Positions 50,138 through 62,199 of a stretch of 64,000 bases of DNA are shown piece after piece. Each line of letters opens with the position of its first letter. Position 1 is the first letter of the stretch. The stretch is from Podarcis bocagei (taxonomy: Eukaryota): NCBI GenBank assembly GCA_964188305.1, contig OZ076890.1. One strand, written 5' to 3'. The position numbers and the translations under genes are program-made. Below the pieces are notes generated by a model. The model saw only the letters and a list, made by a program, of their open reading frames with translations. It made no database searches and was not told the origin of the DNA.

Positions 50138-51837
50138 AGAAGAGATTGGATGACTGCAATGTACTTGGAACTCTCCAATCTCTTTTTAAGGTGAATCGAA
50201 AAATATCTTCAAGAAGGAGGAGCTGCCCAGTTTTTCTTTTCACTAAGCCTGGGGAGAAGGGGAGTTCTAGCACTCATGTAATTATATTGCATTTCATGCC
50301 AAAGGTAATTATTTAACCTCTCATCACCTGATATCCTTTATCACCTGATATCATGATGGCAGTAACTTTATTCTCAATTCCTTCTCTGGCTGCTGATCCC
50401 AATTCAGAGAGCTGGCATTAATGCTCAACTAGCAGAAATCTTTGTCTCTTCTCGCATACCGTCATGCTGTTTGCTCTCTGTTCGTCTCTGAATTTCCAAC
50501 TTCCTGTTTCACAAGCTATTTAAAAATAATGAATTCTTCCTAAAACTTTAAAAACTTGTGAACTGTAAGCAGGGAAGTGAGCAAATGTCCGTCCACCGTC
50601 TTATGTGTGTTTGATTTTTTTTTAATGTTTTATTTTTTTAAAACTAAGCTTGAACCAAAGTCAATTTCTAGCAAGCTGCTGTACTAATGGACTAGTTTGT
50701 ATAAGTGCAGTTCAGATGCAGAGAGGTGATAGATGCTACTGACAATTTCTTTTCATTTTTTATTTTATATAAAAATTGCTGCTTGTTTTAATCTTTTTTG
50801 GGGGGTGGGGGTGGTCTTTTATATATCCTTGGGGCAGACAAAATCTCAACTTGATTATTATCTAATTTCCATGCTTTGGTGTGTAAATAGAATGGCAATG
50901 GCAGATGGTTACTAATTCAACTGTTCCCACATCCTCCTTAGCAGTTTGGCTCAATCTATATACTGTGGTGTGACTGTCTCCATGATTTCAGTCTCAGTTT
51001 AAAAATATAGGGCTATGAATAATACTGTGTGTTAAGGTTTTAAGTGGCCCATAGCAACAGCTTGGAGCAGTCAAATGTATGAAAGGATGGCAGAGGAGAG
51101 ACAGGTACCCACTATGTTGGTCTCAAGGCCATAGTGTTGACTAGTTTCTACCAAAGGAAATATCAATCCCATGGATTTTTTTTTTGATTTTTTTTTTGTC
51201 CATTGAAATTAGATCTATGTAACTTGTGTTTTTTGGCGCGCACACATCCATACGTATATATTTTAATAGAGGAGATGGTGATGACTTCTGAACTGTGGCA
51301 TTTATTTAGCTATGAATTTCAAACACCAAGGAGGAAATAAGCCCTTCATATTTATGTACAAAAAATAAAGAGAACACAGCCCTGTAAATCGCCCCAAAAC
51401 TCTCAAGGATTAAGAAAAGCTGTTTATTCAGTTGACTGGCTGCCTCTTCTTGGGTTCACTGTTTGCAGTTAGAGGACATGATGAATCTGGAACACTAATG
51501 TAGCTCAGATGATGGCCATAAAAATCTTGCTGTAGTATTCACAGTATTCTCATATTGTTGGTGTGAGCACCTTTAATCTTTATTTCTCTTAGATTCATGC
51601 CACTGCCACACTACTAGCAGATTTCACAGCAGGTTCTGGTGAAAGAAACTGGAAGCTAAAAACATGCAGCTAAAATGCTTTGGTTGAATTGTATTCATCC
51701 TACTTTACATATTCCATTCCTCATATCGCTCATACCTAATGCATTGATGCTTGTTCGCAGCAGCACAGAGATACCAGGATCTGAATAGCTGTCACTATTT
51801 TGTGTTGATCTTGGCTATATATTTCACATGGCCATAT

Positions 51838-51879
<42 letters not shown>

Positions 51880-51894
51880 CTTCCCATTCTAGAG

Positions 51895-51965
51895 CGGCCA
51901 GCCCCAACCTGGTGCCCTCCAGAGTACCATTCCCATCGGTCCTAGCTGTTCTGGAAGAAAGGCTG
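51895..51965. mobile_element. Very short hAT-like MITE in the 3' UTR, next to (CA)n at 51840..51876
   Basis: CGGCC...GGCTG ends; 8-bp TSD TTCTAGAG on both sides. Confidence 0.65.
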
Positions 51966-54618
51966 TTCTAGAGAGATAGATAGATAATCAGCTTCTGCAA
52001 TACACACTTCAACAGAAAATCAGATCCAGAGAATTGGAGAATCTGCTCTGGAACCTCACAGTTATAATACATTTCTTTTACCACAAAGCTACAAGGATAA
52101 TCACAAAAGTCATGAACGTTCTGGTATAGTGAAAATTTTCTGGTCACTACCAAGTGCAATTCCTGTAATCCAAAACAATGTGTGATACCTGTGTCCCTAA
52201 TATCCAGTACTAACCATTCTTCCATTACTGCATTAGTTGAACAAATTAATCCAGCATTCCAGTGTTCTAGAGATTGTTGATTTTATTTTCATTTTTTCAG
52301 TCATGGGTTATTAGGCTGTCATTTCATTTCACACAGTTTCAGATCTGTTTCATAGGCCAAAGTCTGAAACGTTTGCTTGCAAACTTGAGAGATTTCAGTA
52401 CACCTTTTATTACCAAAAAGGAAAGGAGTAGGTTAATCCTCATACCTGCAGTTTCCACAGTTGCAGGTTACTTACGAAAATGGTAGAGTTCAGTCCGTGT
52501 CCCTTTCAGATGAGTTGGAATGTTTCTATTGATTTTAGAGAAGCCAGAGTGCCAGAACCTTATTGGGTGCAAATACTACTTCCTTGAAAGGTGTGAAAAA
52601 TGGGGATATATTGAGCAGACAAACCATTGGCAGATGAGTTAAAACATCTATTCAATTTACCCTAAGTTGTGTGCACTTAGGGCCAGTGTGGACACTTTCT
52701 GTTGTAGGAGAGTTGTTCTTCCAGCTGAATACATAGCTTATCATACTGATGGACAAACTCGCAAGGTTCATAATTTCAAAGTAAAGTTGTTCTTCCACAC
52801 CTTTTTGAATCTGCCCATATATACCAATTTGCACATTACATATTCCCATGTATGAGGCTCACACATACGAGTAATGTCTGAATGTGCCCTTACTTTGCAG
52901 TGTGTGTGGATATAATAGACCGCTTCCTTTGTAAGGTTTGTGCTTATGAAGTGTTATAAATGTAAACTATGTGTGATACTCAACTATGCTTTACCCAGAG
53001 TAGGCCCATTGAAATTAATGGACCTAATGTAGTCGTTGTCCTTAATTTCAGTGCGTCTACTCTGCATAAAAATTAGTTGAGTACCACCCTATATCTCTAC
53101 ATTATTTTGCCATCTTGAGAATGTATAACTGCTCCATATATCTGTGTCAGGGTTGGTGGATGGGAGGTTAACCAATAATTCTGCAGGTCCAAGCAAGTCT
53201 TCCAGGCAGTCTAGCATCTCAACTTTCACTTGAGTGATAGATTGCTAAGACTGAAGAGCAAAGGCTGAGACAACGGTTATATAAGGTAGGGTGGAGTCTT
53301 ATTGGCTCTTTGGGTCACCTTATTATGACCATTTGTAGTGCCAGAGCAGCAGAGATCAGCCCAACTGTTCACTCTTCCTGCATGCTGCCCCAGTAGCACC
53401 GGCAGTAAGATGTCTGGGCCATGAATTAGTTTACCTTGGAGATAAGCAAGCATGCCTAATGTAGGAATTGTCATTAACCCAGGGCGCTCAGGACTACCAG
53501 TGCAGTGGATTACAACATATGACAGAAATGAGATGGAGACAATTTCTCATAAAAGGGAGGATCTGAAAAGTTTTTGCTGTTTTTCCCACCTGCCACCTAA
53601 ATATGCATGCCACGTGAATGTGAATGGACAGTGGTAATTTAATGTCACTTCCCCTGATGTATAGAGTTGGATCAGATGTAATACTCCCAATATCTTAACC
53701 CTGACTAAGGAAGGTGGGCTGCAGGATCCCTGCGTTCATGTTAACCATGGCTCAGGTGAGTGCCAGCACAGACATTAACCGTGTTTAAGGCTGACAGAAA
53801 GAGGGTAGGGAAATTGCAGTCCTACAACCTGCTCTGCACTAAGTCTGTACCTGCTCAGAAACATTACAATGTTGCTTTACAATGACATATTTATGTGAGT
53901 TACCAGAACCTTGATGCCTGAGCCTGTGTATAAACACGGCTAGGAAAAGCTACAAACGTGATGTTATAAAAATGGGTCGCCTGGGTGTCCTGTGATGGAA
54001 AAGCAGTTGTGAATGGTGAATCCATGCTATATTTTAAAAATAACTCCTAAGCTTCAATTGCCAAGGAAAATACCTGATAGGTTAAGTTTAGTTTTATGTT
54101 GATTGTCATCTAATACATTTTTACTGGATAAGTTCAACCAAAGATGTTATTGATTGAAGTTATAAAGGAAGAACAGAAGTACTTATTGCTGAATTTCCGG
54201 TGCCAGAAACCAGGCTTAAGAGTCCATTGTTGCCTTATCTCCTTCCCTTCCCTATTTCAGTTGTATATTACGTGGGGTTAGGTTGGTAATATCGTGCTTT
54301 AACTGTCTTTCTAATTGCTGTTCTAAAAACCTTGAAGAATGTAGGCTGCCCATTACAAGATAAAGCCTGTATTTTATTTGCTACCACAATGATGGCTTAT
54401 TTCAGTTACTGGATGTTGGGCTATACTGCAGCCTAAGCAAAGACGGGCTCTGATGCAGTGTTTGGCACCTGAGGTGGAGGGTTCATGTGATTTTTGCATG
54501 GGGCATTTATTTATGTTCAGGATCTGGTAGGAACTTTGTGAGACCACATTCAAAATGAAAATATTTGCATCAAATATTACATAGGAAGTGTGAGCACTGA
54601 ACAGATAACACATAGATT

Positions 54619-54650
54619 GATTCATTCATTCATTCATTCATTCATTCATT
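54619..54650. repeat. (ATTC)n tetranucleotide repeat
   Basis: Direct reading. Confidence 0.9.
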
Positions 54651-57600
54651 CTTGTAAGTGATAAGATGTGGGAAAATATCACTCAAGTCTTGCTTTATGA
54701 ACATTTTCCCCAATTTAAATGTAATCTTGCACTGGTTCCACTGTGGGGCCATACAGTTATGCTTGGGGTTTGAGCTGCAGGGGCAGTTAGCATCACAAGG
54801 ATGCAAAATCCACTAACTGACTTGATTAGTGTTTGGTATAATTAAAGCTTTTGCTATGGCCTTGTTGCTTTTGGAGCCACACAAGTGTAGCAGCTATATT
54901 TACCATAAAAGTTCCTTTATTAACCTTTCAGACGACACTTTTGTTACGTAGAATTATTTAACAATATCTTATCAATGCCTATATTTTTCAGTAACATAAT
55001 TTCTTGAAATGGAAGTGCACATTTAGGCAGATACATCATTTCATCATATTCGTGCTGTTAATGACCTTTTTAAAAAAACAATATCCCACGTAGAAGTCTC
55101 TCTTCTGCTTTGAACATGTAATCCTTTCTCTCTGACATTAGGAGTATGTTTATGCTCGATCTGTATGTGCCTACATGCACTTTTTAGAAGATGAATTCTA
55201 AAAGGGTTCTAGAGGTTCATAAATGTATATAGGTATAAACCATTATAGAGAAAACACTACCAAAGGAGAATCTGGCTGGCTGATTATGGTTATTCATCTC
55301 TAACCAAAACTTCTCAGGACTCGTTAGCCAATTTTTTTACAAAGTTACAATCTAATGTTTTTTAAGCAATACACTCTTTTAAGACATTCACCTGCAAAGT
55401 TCTTGCTCCATGCAGTTATTAGGCCAAGTCGAACTTGCCAGTAGGGAGCTTTTCTATTGGCTTAAGTGATAAAAGTTGGCTGAGATCCCTGAGCTTCTTG
55501 AATGGACTTTGATACCAAAGTCCGTGCCCTGTATGAACAGCTTCAGAAAAAAGGAATGCACCTGGAACTAGTGCCAATTTACCCAGAGTCTTCTTACTTT
55601 TGTGAGTGTTGTGGGATGGCGTACTGTCCAATTTGTAAACATTCACCCTCCCCAGTGTTGGCTTCATGTTTGGAAGGGCCCTTGAGCAAGAGCTCTTCCA
55701 TGGGTTCCTCCACCCTCCTCGGTCCCTCAGCAAATCTCCCTTATCACTGGAGCAGAACAAGGAGACTCTTGTCAGTAGAGGGCCTTGGACAGATGCCCAG
55801 CCATGCCAGTCCTCTCTGCCTTTTTCCTGTGTGCCCAAAACGTTTTCAGATTACACAAATTTAATCAAAAGGCATTTGATTAATAGTCAATGGAAAAATG
55901 AAACCTATATTTCATTTCCACTTTTCTAGGGAGACTTTCAAAAGTTTAAAATTCTTAATACAGACATCTATATAGATTGTGAAAGAAAACTTGAGCTATA
56001 TTGGACCTAGCATTGATTAGTTGCCGCAGCCTATCCCTAATACATTTCTGAATCGGTTTTGCAATGTTGAGTTCAGCCTCACTATCAACAGATCACATTA
56101 GTCTTTAATCCTCCTGGGATAATATGCAGGATGATAAGAGGTCTGTTCCACACATTTCACTTTCCTACATACAGATATAGCATCCTTTTAGGAAATTGCA
56201 TCATAATGTGCAGTGCCTGTTGCTATTTTATGCATAGACATTCTCTGTGAAGGCAAATTACAGTGTGTGAAGTGACTCTTGAGTCACACTGGAATTAAAT
56301 TAGCTTTATTCTCGAGAGAAAGAAAGGTCGTAGTCACACTGCCTGACATTGCTTTACTGCTATGACCTTTACTGACCTTTGTCCAAACATGCGGTATACA
56401 TGTAGTTGGGCTGAATGTTGGCATGAAGCATGCCAAATGTTTTTGACCCTAAGGAGCAAAATGAAGGCTTCTCCTCTGACATAACTTGGGAGTCTCCTTC
56501 CACCCCTTCTTGTCTCTCTTTCTGTAAGCAAGCATTGTTACAGGGTTGTAGGAACAATGCTTTTTGGTAGCAGCTGGCTTTCTGGCACCTTTTTTTTATA
56601 AAAAAAAATACCTCAGCATAGCTTTAGTATCATTTGCAGAATGGAAAATCGGGAGAGAGAAACTTTATAAATAATGGAAGTAATTCTAGCTGTAGAGTTT
56701 AGTTTTGAAGACCCTGACTTATGCTGTATGTATTTGCAGTTCTGTATTTAGGCTACAACTTTATAGGGTATGGGGTGGGGGCGGGAAGGAGAGAGAGTTA
56801 GCTGTGCTAGAAGGCAAATGTTGCTTGCAACGTCTTTTTCTACTTTGTCATTGGCTATCGTTGTCAACACGCTACATAACAGCAGACATAACTGAGTTGC
56901 TGTATTGCTTCCAGGGTCCTTCTAGGTGTGCATGACCTCTGCCTCCCTGCTTTCTTTCTATTGGCAACCCAAGGGCCTTGGTGGGGATGTAAATATTGAG
57001 CAAGTTTGTGTGCTTGGAGGGGGCATGCAAGGAGATGAATTAGCAACCCATTTTAGTCCACGTAGTTGCACTAGGGCTGCAGCTGGGCCAAGACTTTTAC
57101 ATTTGGAAAAGGAGGAGGATATTTGGGAGAACAAAGTGAAACAGTTCTTTTTATCCCTGCTTGTCTTGTTATTGAATGTAGTATGTGGTAATTAATTTAA
57201 TTTTCTAATAGCAATGCTAATCCTGTCTAGACCAAAAATAGCAGAAGAGAAACCAAACTAAATGCTAACCTGCTCCTAGTACCTAAGTATAGAGTACCTA
57301 AAAGGGATAAGATTCTGTGAGGCAGACTTCAGGAGAAAAGAGGCAATATTGGATGTGGGTTTCTTTTTATGGAAGGTTGAGTCATTTTTCTTTCACAGGA
57401 CATGGTTCAGATTTTGGATGGCATTCTTGGGAGACTTCATCTGCTTCCATCCTGACTCTGAAGCATCTCCTTTCTCTGATTGCAGAAAAATACAGAGTGT
57501 GTGTTTGTGTGAGGAAGTATATTTCCGGCGGTGGGAAAGGAAAACCTGAGCTTCAGCTGGAGGGGGAGAATTTCCAATGTTTTGATAGGAACCAAAGGTA

Positions 57601-60019
57601 TACTGCTTAGTTTTTGGCAGCTCTGCTGTTTTCAGGATGTCTTCGGCAAAAGATTGTGTGGTCTTAGAGGTTTGATTTGATGACTCTTGACTTGGAGGAT
57701 CTCCTCATGTGTTGGTTTTCCTACCTTCTTAATGCACAGGGTTGGTTTGGATACTTTTTCTGAGGACATACTGGAGGCAAGTTCTATTCTGGAGGCAAGT
57801 TCAACACCCAAGATCACAAGCAACTGTTGGACGTAGGGAAAACTTGGTTTTATTCTTAAAATATCAAAACTGCATTGTCCTCCGTTTCACATCATTTCAG
57901 AAGTCCTGTGGGTTTTCATAGTGGAAAACCTTGGAGACGTCTTTCTTTCCTCCCCGGAATAGCTTTGGGCATTGTCACATTACATGCTGTTGGCTTGATG
58001 AATTGCATCAGTCAAGCCTGACGTGTTCATGTGTGAAGCAAGGGAGAAGGTAAATATATATTAGTTGTCCAGCTATTCTTCCTCTGGAAATCAGCTGGGT
58101 TGCAGAACTTCCCTGGAAAGCTTTACTAATAGACTTATTGTTCTGACATTATGTAAAGTGGTATTAATATTGTGTGACTTTTCTAAGAGCTAGGTAGATT
58201 TATAAGTAGGTAATAGGGAAATGGAAAATGACTTCTCAAAGATAAGAGCACTTGGAACAAAAGATGTGGAAAACAAGGTGTGCTTTAAAAGAAAACAAAT
58301 CTGAGGAAGGAAATGAAACAACCAGTTGGGAGATGGGATCATGAGAGGAAGATCCTTAGTACTATGAGGAAGGTTGGAATGTCTCCCCTCTTCTGCCTTA
58401 TTTCTCTTTACCTCACTCAGGCGAAAATATGGGTTTAATAGTTTGTTGACGGCTCTTTCCCCAAACATTTCTGAAACTCTGATCTTTGTTCTCACCAAAA
58501 ATTCTCTGTTTTTACAATGTAGAACCCATCAAAATAAAAGCCTTCCTGAAGTATTTCTAGCAGAAATGTCTTTAACCCACCAGGGGGCTATAAGTGTAAA
58601 TGGTGAATGTTTCTGGCAAGAGTACCACAGGAATAGTGGTAAATATTAAGGAGTACAGATCTGTGTCAAATTAATATCTGCACAATACAAGCCATCCACC
58701 CTGGCCAACAGCCTTGGAACAAACACCTTTTGTCAGGGCTGGGCGGAAACTGTCACTTGTCCCATCTAATCCATGTTAGCACATTGGCATTTTCGATCCA
58801 GTTTCTGTATTTGAATTTGAGGAAGAAGCCACAGCAGATACCCATATACTGATTGGTAAGTTACTTCCATTTATTTGAACCTCCCTGGAGGAAGATATAG
58901 GCTTTTCTCTAAAATCCAGGAGATAAGAGGTCAGGTGCAAGTGCATTTGAGAGCATCACGGGACTCCGGCTGTTTTGCTTGTGCTCCCCTGGTCCCACCG
59001 TGTCGCTGTTCCATTTCCTTCTTCTGTGGTAGTGTCTAAGGCTAGGTGTGAGTAAGTGTCGGGTGTTTATCCGCCACAGGTACGGGAGCTGTCGTATACC
59101 TCATTTCTAACTCATAACTGAGTAACTTGCTTTAACTTTCTCCAAACCCTACAGAGTTGCCAAGACTGCCCTCCCTCCCTTGATTAACGTGGAACTCTGG
59201 CTTATAGCATCCTGTGACCTGCAACCTGGGGGGCGACCCCTTAAAGCCTCTGAATGTCGCTGCTTAAAAGCTACTGCAAACTGAGGGCAAATTGCAATCT
59301 TCTATTTCTTTTGGTTACCAGGGGTCCTCTCGTAGTCTGTGAATATCCATCTCCACTCCCAATCCGTGCATGAAACCTCCATGCTGCCTTCTCCCTCCCC
59401 CCTGGTGAGATGTCAGGGCTATAATGTACTGCAGGGTCAAGGCAGGACCCTGACGGCTCCTCGCAGCCAAGTGCTGCATGCATATTGCTCGCTACTTTTT
59501 AATTTTGTTTCTCTCATGCTCCTCCCATATTTAATTTCCTTCGTTTATTATTTGACAATCTTGTTCCTCCCCGTCCCCGCCTCTAGGCTGACCACAAGCT
59601 GCATCCCTGTCCCTTCTGCCATTTTACTTTGAATGTAGTTTTCCCACCCTTTGGAAAGAGAGGCTTTTCCAGGTCACGGTGCACTGCTATATGCCGAGGG
59701 GGGCGGGTTCTTTGTTTTGTTTTGTTCTTTTAGAAATTTCCAGCCAAAACCAAAGATTTCCTAATGATTGTATAAACTCAAAACAGACAAACAAACAAAC
59801 CAAAGACAAAAGGGGCGTCTTCAGCACCAATCATATTAAGATGGCTCGGTCCCATCCTGTGCTAACTTGCTTGGGAGACCAAGTTCTGTTTGACCTCCAC
59901 AAATCCAAAGGCACACAGCCATTGGGAGGGAGAGTTCAGTGGGGGAAAGTGATGGACTCCACAGATTGGTTGTGAAGCTGAAGACATTGGTGCATGACTG
60001 GCGGCTCTGGTGGGTGCTT

Positions 60020-60121
60020 TTAACCCTTTGGGAGCTGGGTGATATTAATACACGCTGAGGTGCACTTCTGAGCTCTCTCTCTCTCCCCCCCCCCCCCCGC
60101 CACTGCTTGGAAGAGGCTGTC
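60020..60121 (-). other. CD247: Homologue of the CD3-eta alternative terminal exon of CD247, antisense within the POU2F1 3' UTR (DSLFQAVAGGGGERERAQKCTSACINITQLPKG*)
   Basis: Minus strand ttttgcacaacag|GACAGCCTCTTCCAAGCAGTG...CCAAAGGGTTAA. The adjacent frame continues KSTHQSRQSCTNVFSFTTNLWSP. Both segments resemble the mouse CD3-eta tail as recalled. Confidence 0.7.
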
Positions 60122-61525
60122 CTGTTGTGCAAAATCTCTGAAAAAAATATGTTTTGTTTTTCTTTCTCTCCCCCCCCCCACTTCTTTTTTGTTCTTTAAT
60201 TATTTTTGCAGCACCACTGTGCAACTATGCATTGTATTTCTCAACCTTTTGTGCTAGGTAGGTAGATGCCTATGACTTTTTAAACTTTGGGGGAGGGGGG
60301 TTGCCAATGAAGGAACTTTTTACATGGATCTTTTAAATCTCAGTTGATTAGGGGGTGTTTGGTTCTAGGGTCATACAAGCTCTATCCCAAAGCAAAATCC
60401 AAATGTTAATAATATTAGCCTGATGCAGATACCAAAGATAATTTCTTTCCTGCAGAACCTTAGACTTGTGTATTAAGTACAATTACCCAGCACTTGCATT
60501 AGTCTAACCTCAGTAATTCCAAAGCTTAGATGTATATTTTGGTATATTTCTGGGATATTAAAAATGTCGTTTAAATTCTTGTTTGTTTCAGTGTAATGCT
60601 CTTAAAGTCATAGCATGGAGATAACTGAATTGTCTTATTCTTAGTAGTTTGAAATAATAGTATTTTTGTATGTTTTGGGTGTGTCAATGTATGTATTAAC
60701 ACAACAGTTTTCACTGCCTAGGTGTTCATAATTGAGAAAAAGTGTACATAATCTGTGATTTCCACCAGATTGTCGATTTAGATTGCATTTTCTCTGATTG
60801 CCATTCCCAACAGGGGGATCTTTATTCCTTTTTTTTTTAAAGAGACAGCATGCTTATAACAGTGAGATTGTACTTTTGCCCTCCCATAAAGGTCCAGTTC
60901 CCTGAAAACATCGTCCTTTAATTTTGAAAGGTGAGGCAAGACTCAAAGTGTAGCAATTGAATAACTAAAAGCACGGATATTACTATGCTAGGTATTTATG
61001 CTTTTTGTTTTTATAGTGTGGGGGAGGCATCTTGCCAAGAAAGCTATGGTTTGTGGAAATTGATTTATAAAATCCTGAGCTCTTCCTATGGCAACAAAGA
61101 GATATTTGTGTTGATTACAGAGCTTCCCTGTCGTCAACCATCAAGTTGGCTTATATCTTCCTCAGGCCTGCTAATGTGGTCAATTGTACAGCTTAATTTA
61201 CATGAACACTTTGTATCTAACTGTGATAAATATATTAAGATACAATGCATTCTTGCCTAACTTTAATTTTGAGAACTGTAAGGCCCTAATTTGAAACTGT
61301 GTGTGTCTCCAAAATGGAGATGAAAGGATGCTGTCTCTTTAAATATACCTTCTATTTTTTCCCTAGTGGCTGCCTACAGGTGGCTGTGGGCATTGAGAGA
61401 GACTGTGTAGATTATAGTGAATCAGGATGAAAATGGTAGATTTTGTGTAGATGCATTTGTCTGCTGTAATTTTTATATATATAAAACTTACTGTAACTGT
61501 ACAGTTCATTTCTGTTGTAAACATC

Positions 61526-61531
61526 ATTAAA
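61526..61531 (+). terminator. POU2F1: Candidate distal poly(A) signal ATTAAA
   Basis: Preceded by several TGTA motifs and followed by gtgtttt...tggtttgtggttttt; transposon remnants resume ~0.8 kb downstream. Confidence 0.6.
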
Positions 61532-62199
61532 CCATTTTTCCAAGTGTTTTAACATGCATGCACTGGTTTGTGGTTTTTGAACAAGTGAAAGGAAATGGCT
61601 GAAAAGAAATGGCAGAACCTTGTATTTCTGTTGTTTTAAACCTGACAATCCGGAGCTGAAGGATGTTCCTCCTTATTTTCTCCCAACTACAAATTACAAG
61701 ACATCTCAGGTTAGAAGACTCACATAATTGGACAGCAGAAACAGGTAAGCCTCTCAGTTCTGTTATTCTGCAGAAAATAAATATGCCAGATTTATTTTAA
61801 AAGCTTACACTACTTATGGCTTCCATGTTGAACAGGATGTGTTAAATTCTTTCAGTTAAGTAACCACCATGTGCAGGTTGTCTAACTAGCTCAACATCGT
61901 AATGCACATTTATTTAGTATTCTCTGCATTTGTGTCCTTGACAAGATAATTTGTTTATTGCTACAGGTGCATGTGTCATGCATACTACTTGTTTGGTCCT
62001 ACAATAGATATTGCTGCCCTTCTAAACTGTCCTAAAAGTCAGTGATGTGAGATCTGTGCACCCTTGTTTAGCTTTAAATCTTAAGGTTTTGTAGGACTTA
62101 TTGCTCCTTTTCATTAAGCTCTTTTTCCCCTTTTACTTTCCACTGCAACATGGCGCTATGAAGTTCAAACGAATCCAGAATAAGACCAGAAGAGGGAAA

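Larger units (their letters stand above)
48563..61550 (+). other. POU2F1: Probable long (~13 kb) POU2F1 3' UTR
   Basis: No large LINE/SINE copies recognised, unlike the introns. U-rich UTR-like blocks. Terminal ATTAAA at 61526 followed by GU-rich sequence. Mammalian POU2F1 has a very long 3' UTR. Confidence 0.65.

Noticed and set aside
55419-55929. Cluster of overlapping 87-139 aa ORFs, including a Cys-rich one
   Set aside because: No recognisable domain or exon structure; lies in the probable 3' UTR.
48563-59800. CD3-theta-type additional antisense exon
   Set aside because: No peptide or splice pattern I could recognise, and the donor at PK|G is weak here (GTTAAA). A TBLASTN search would be needed.
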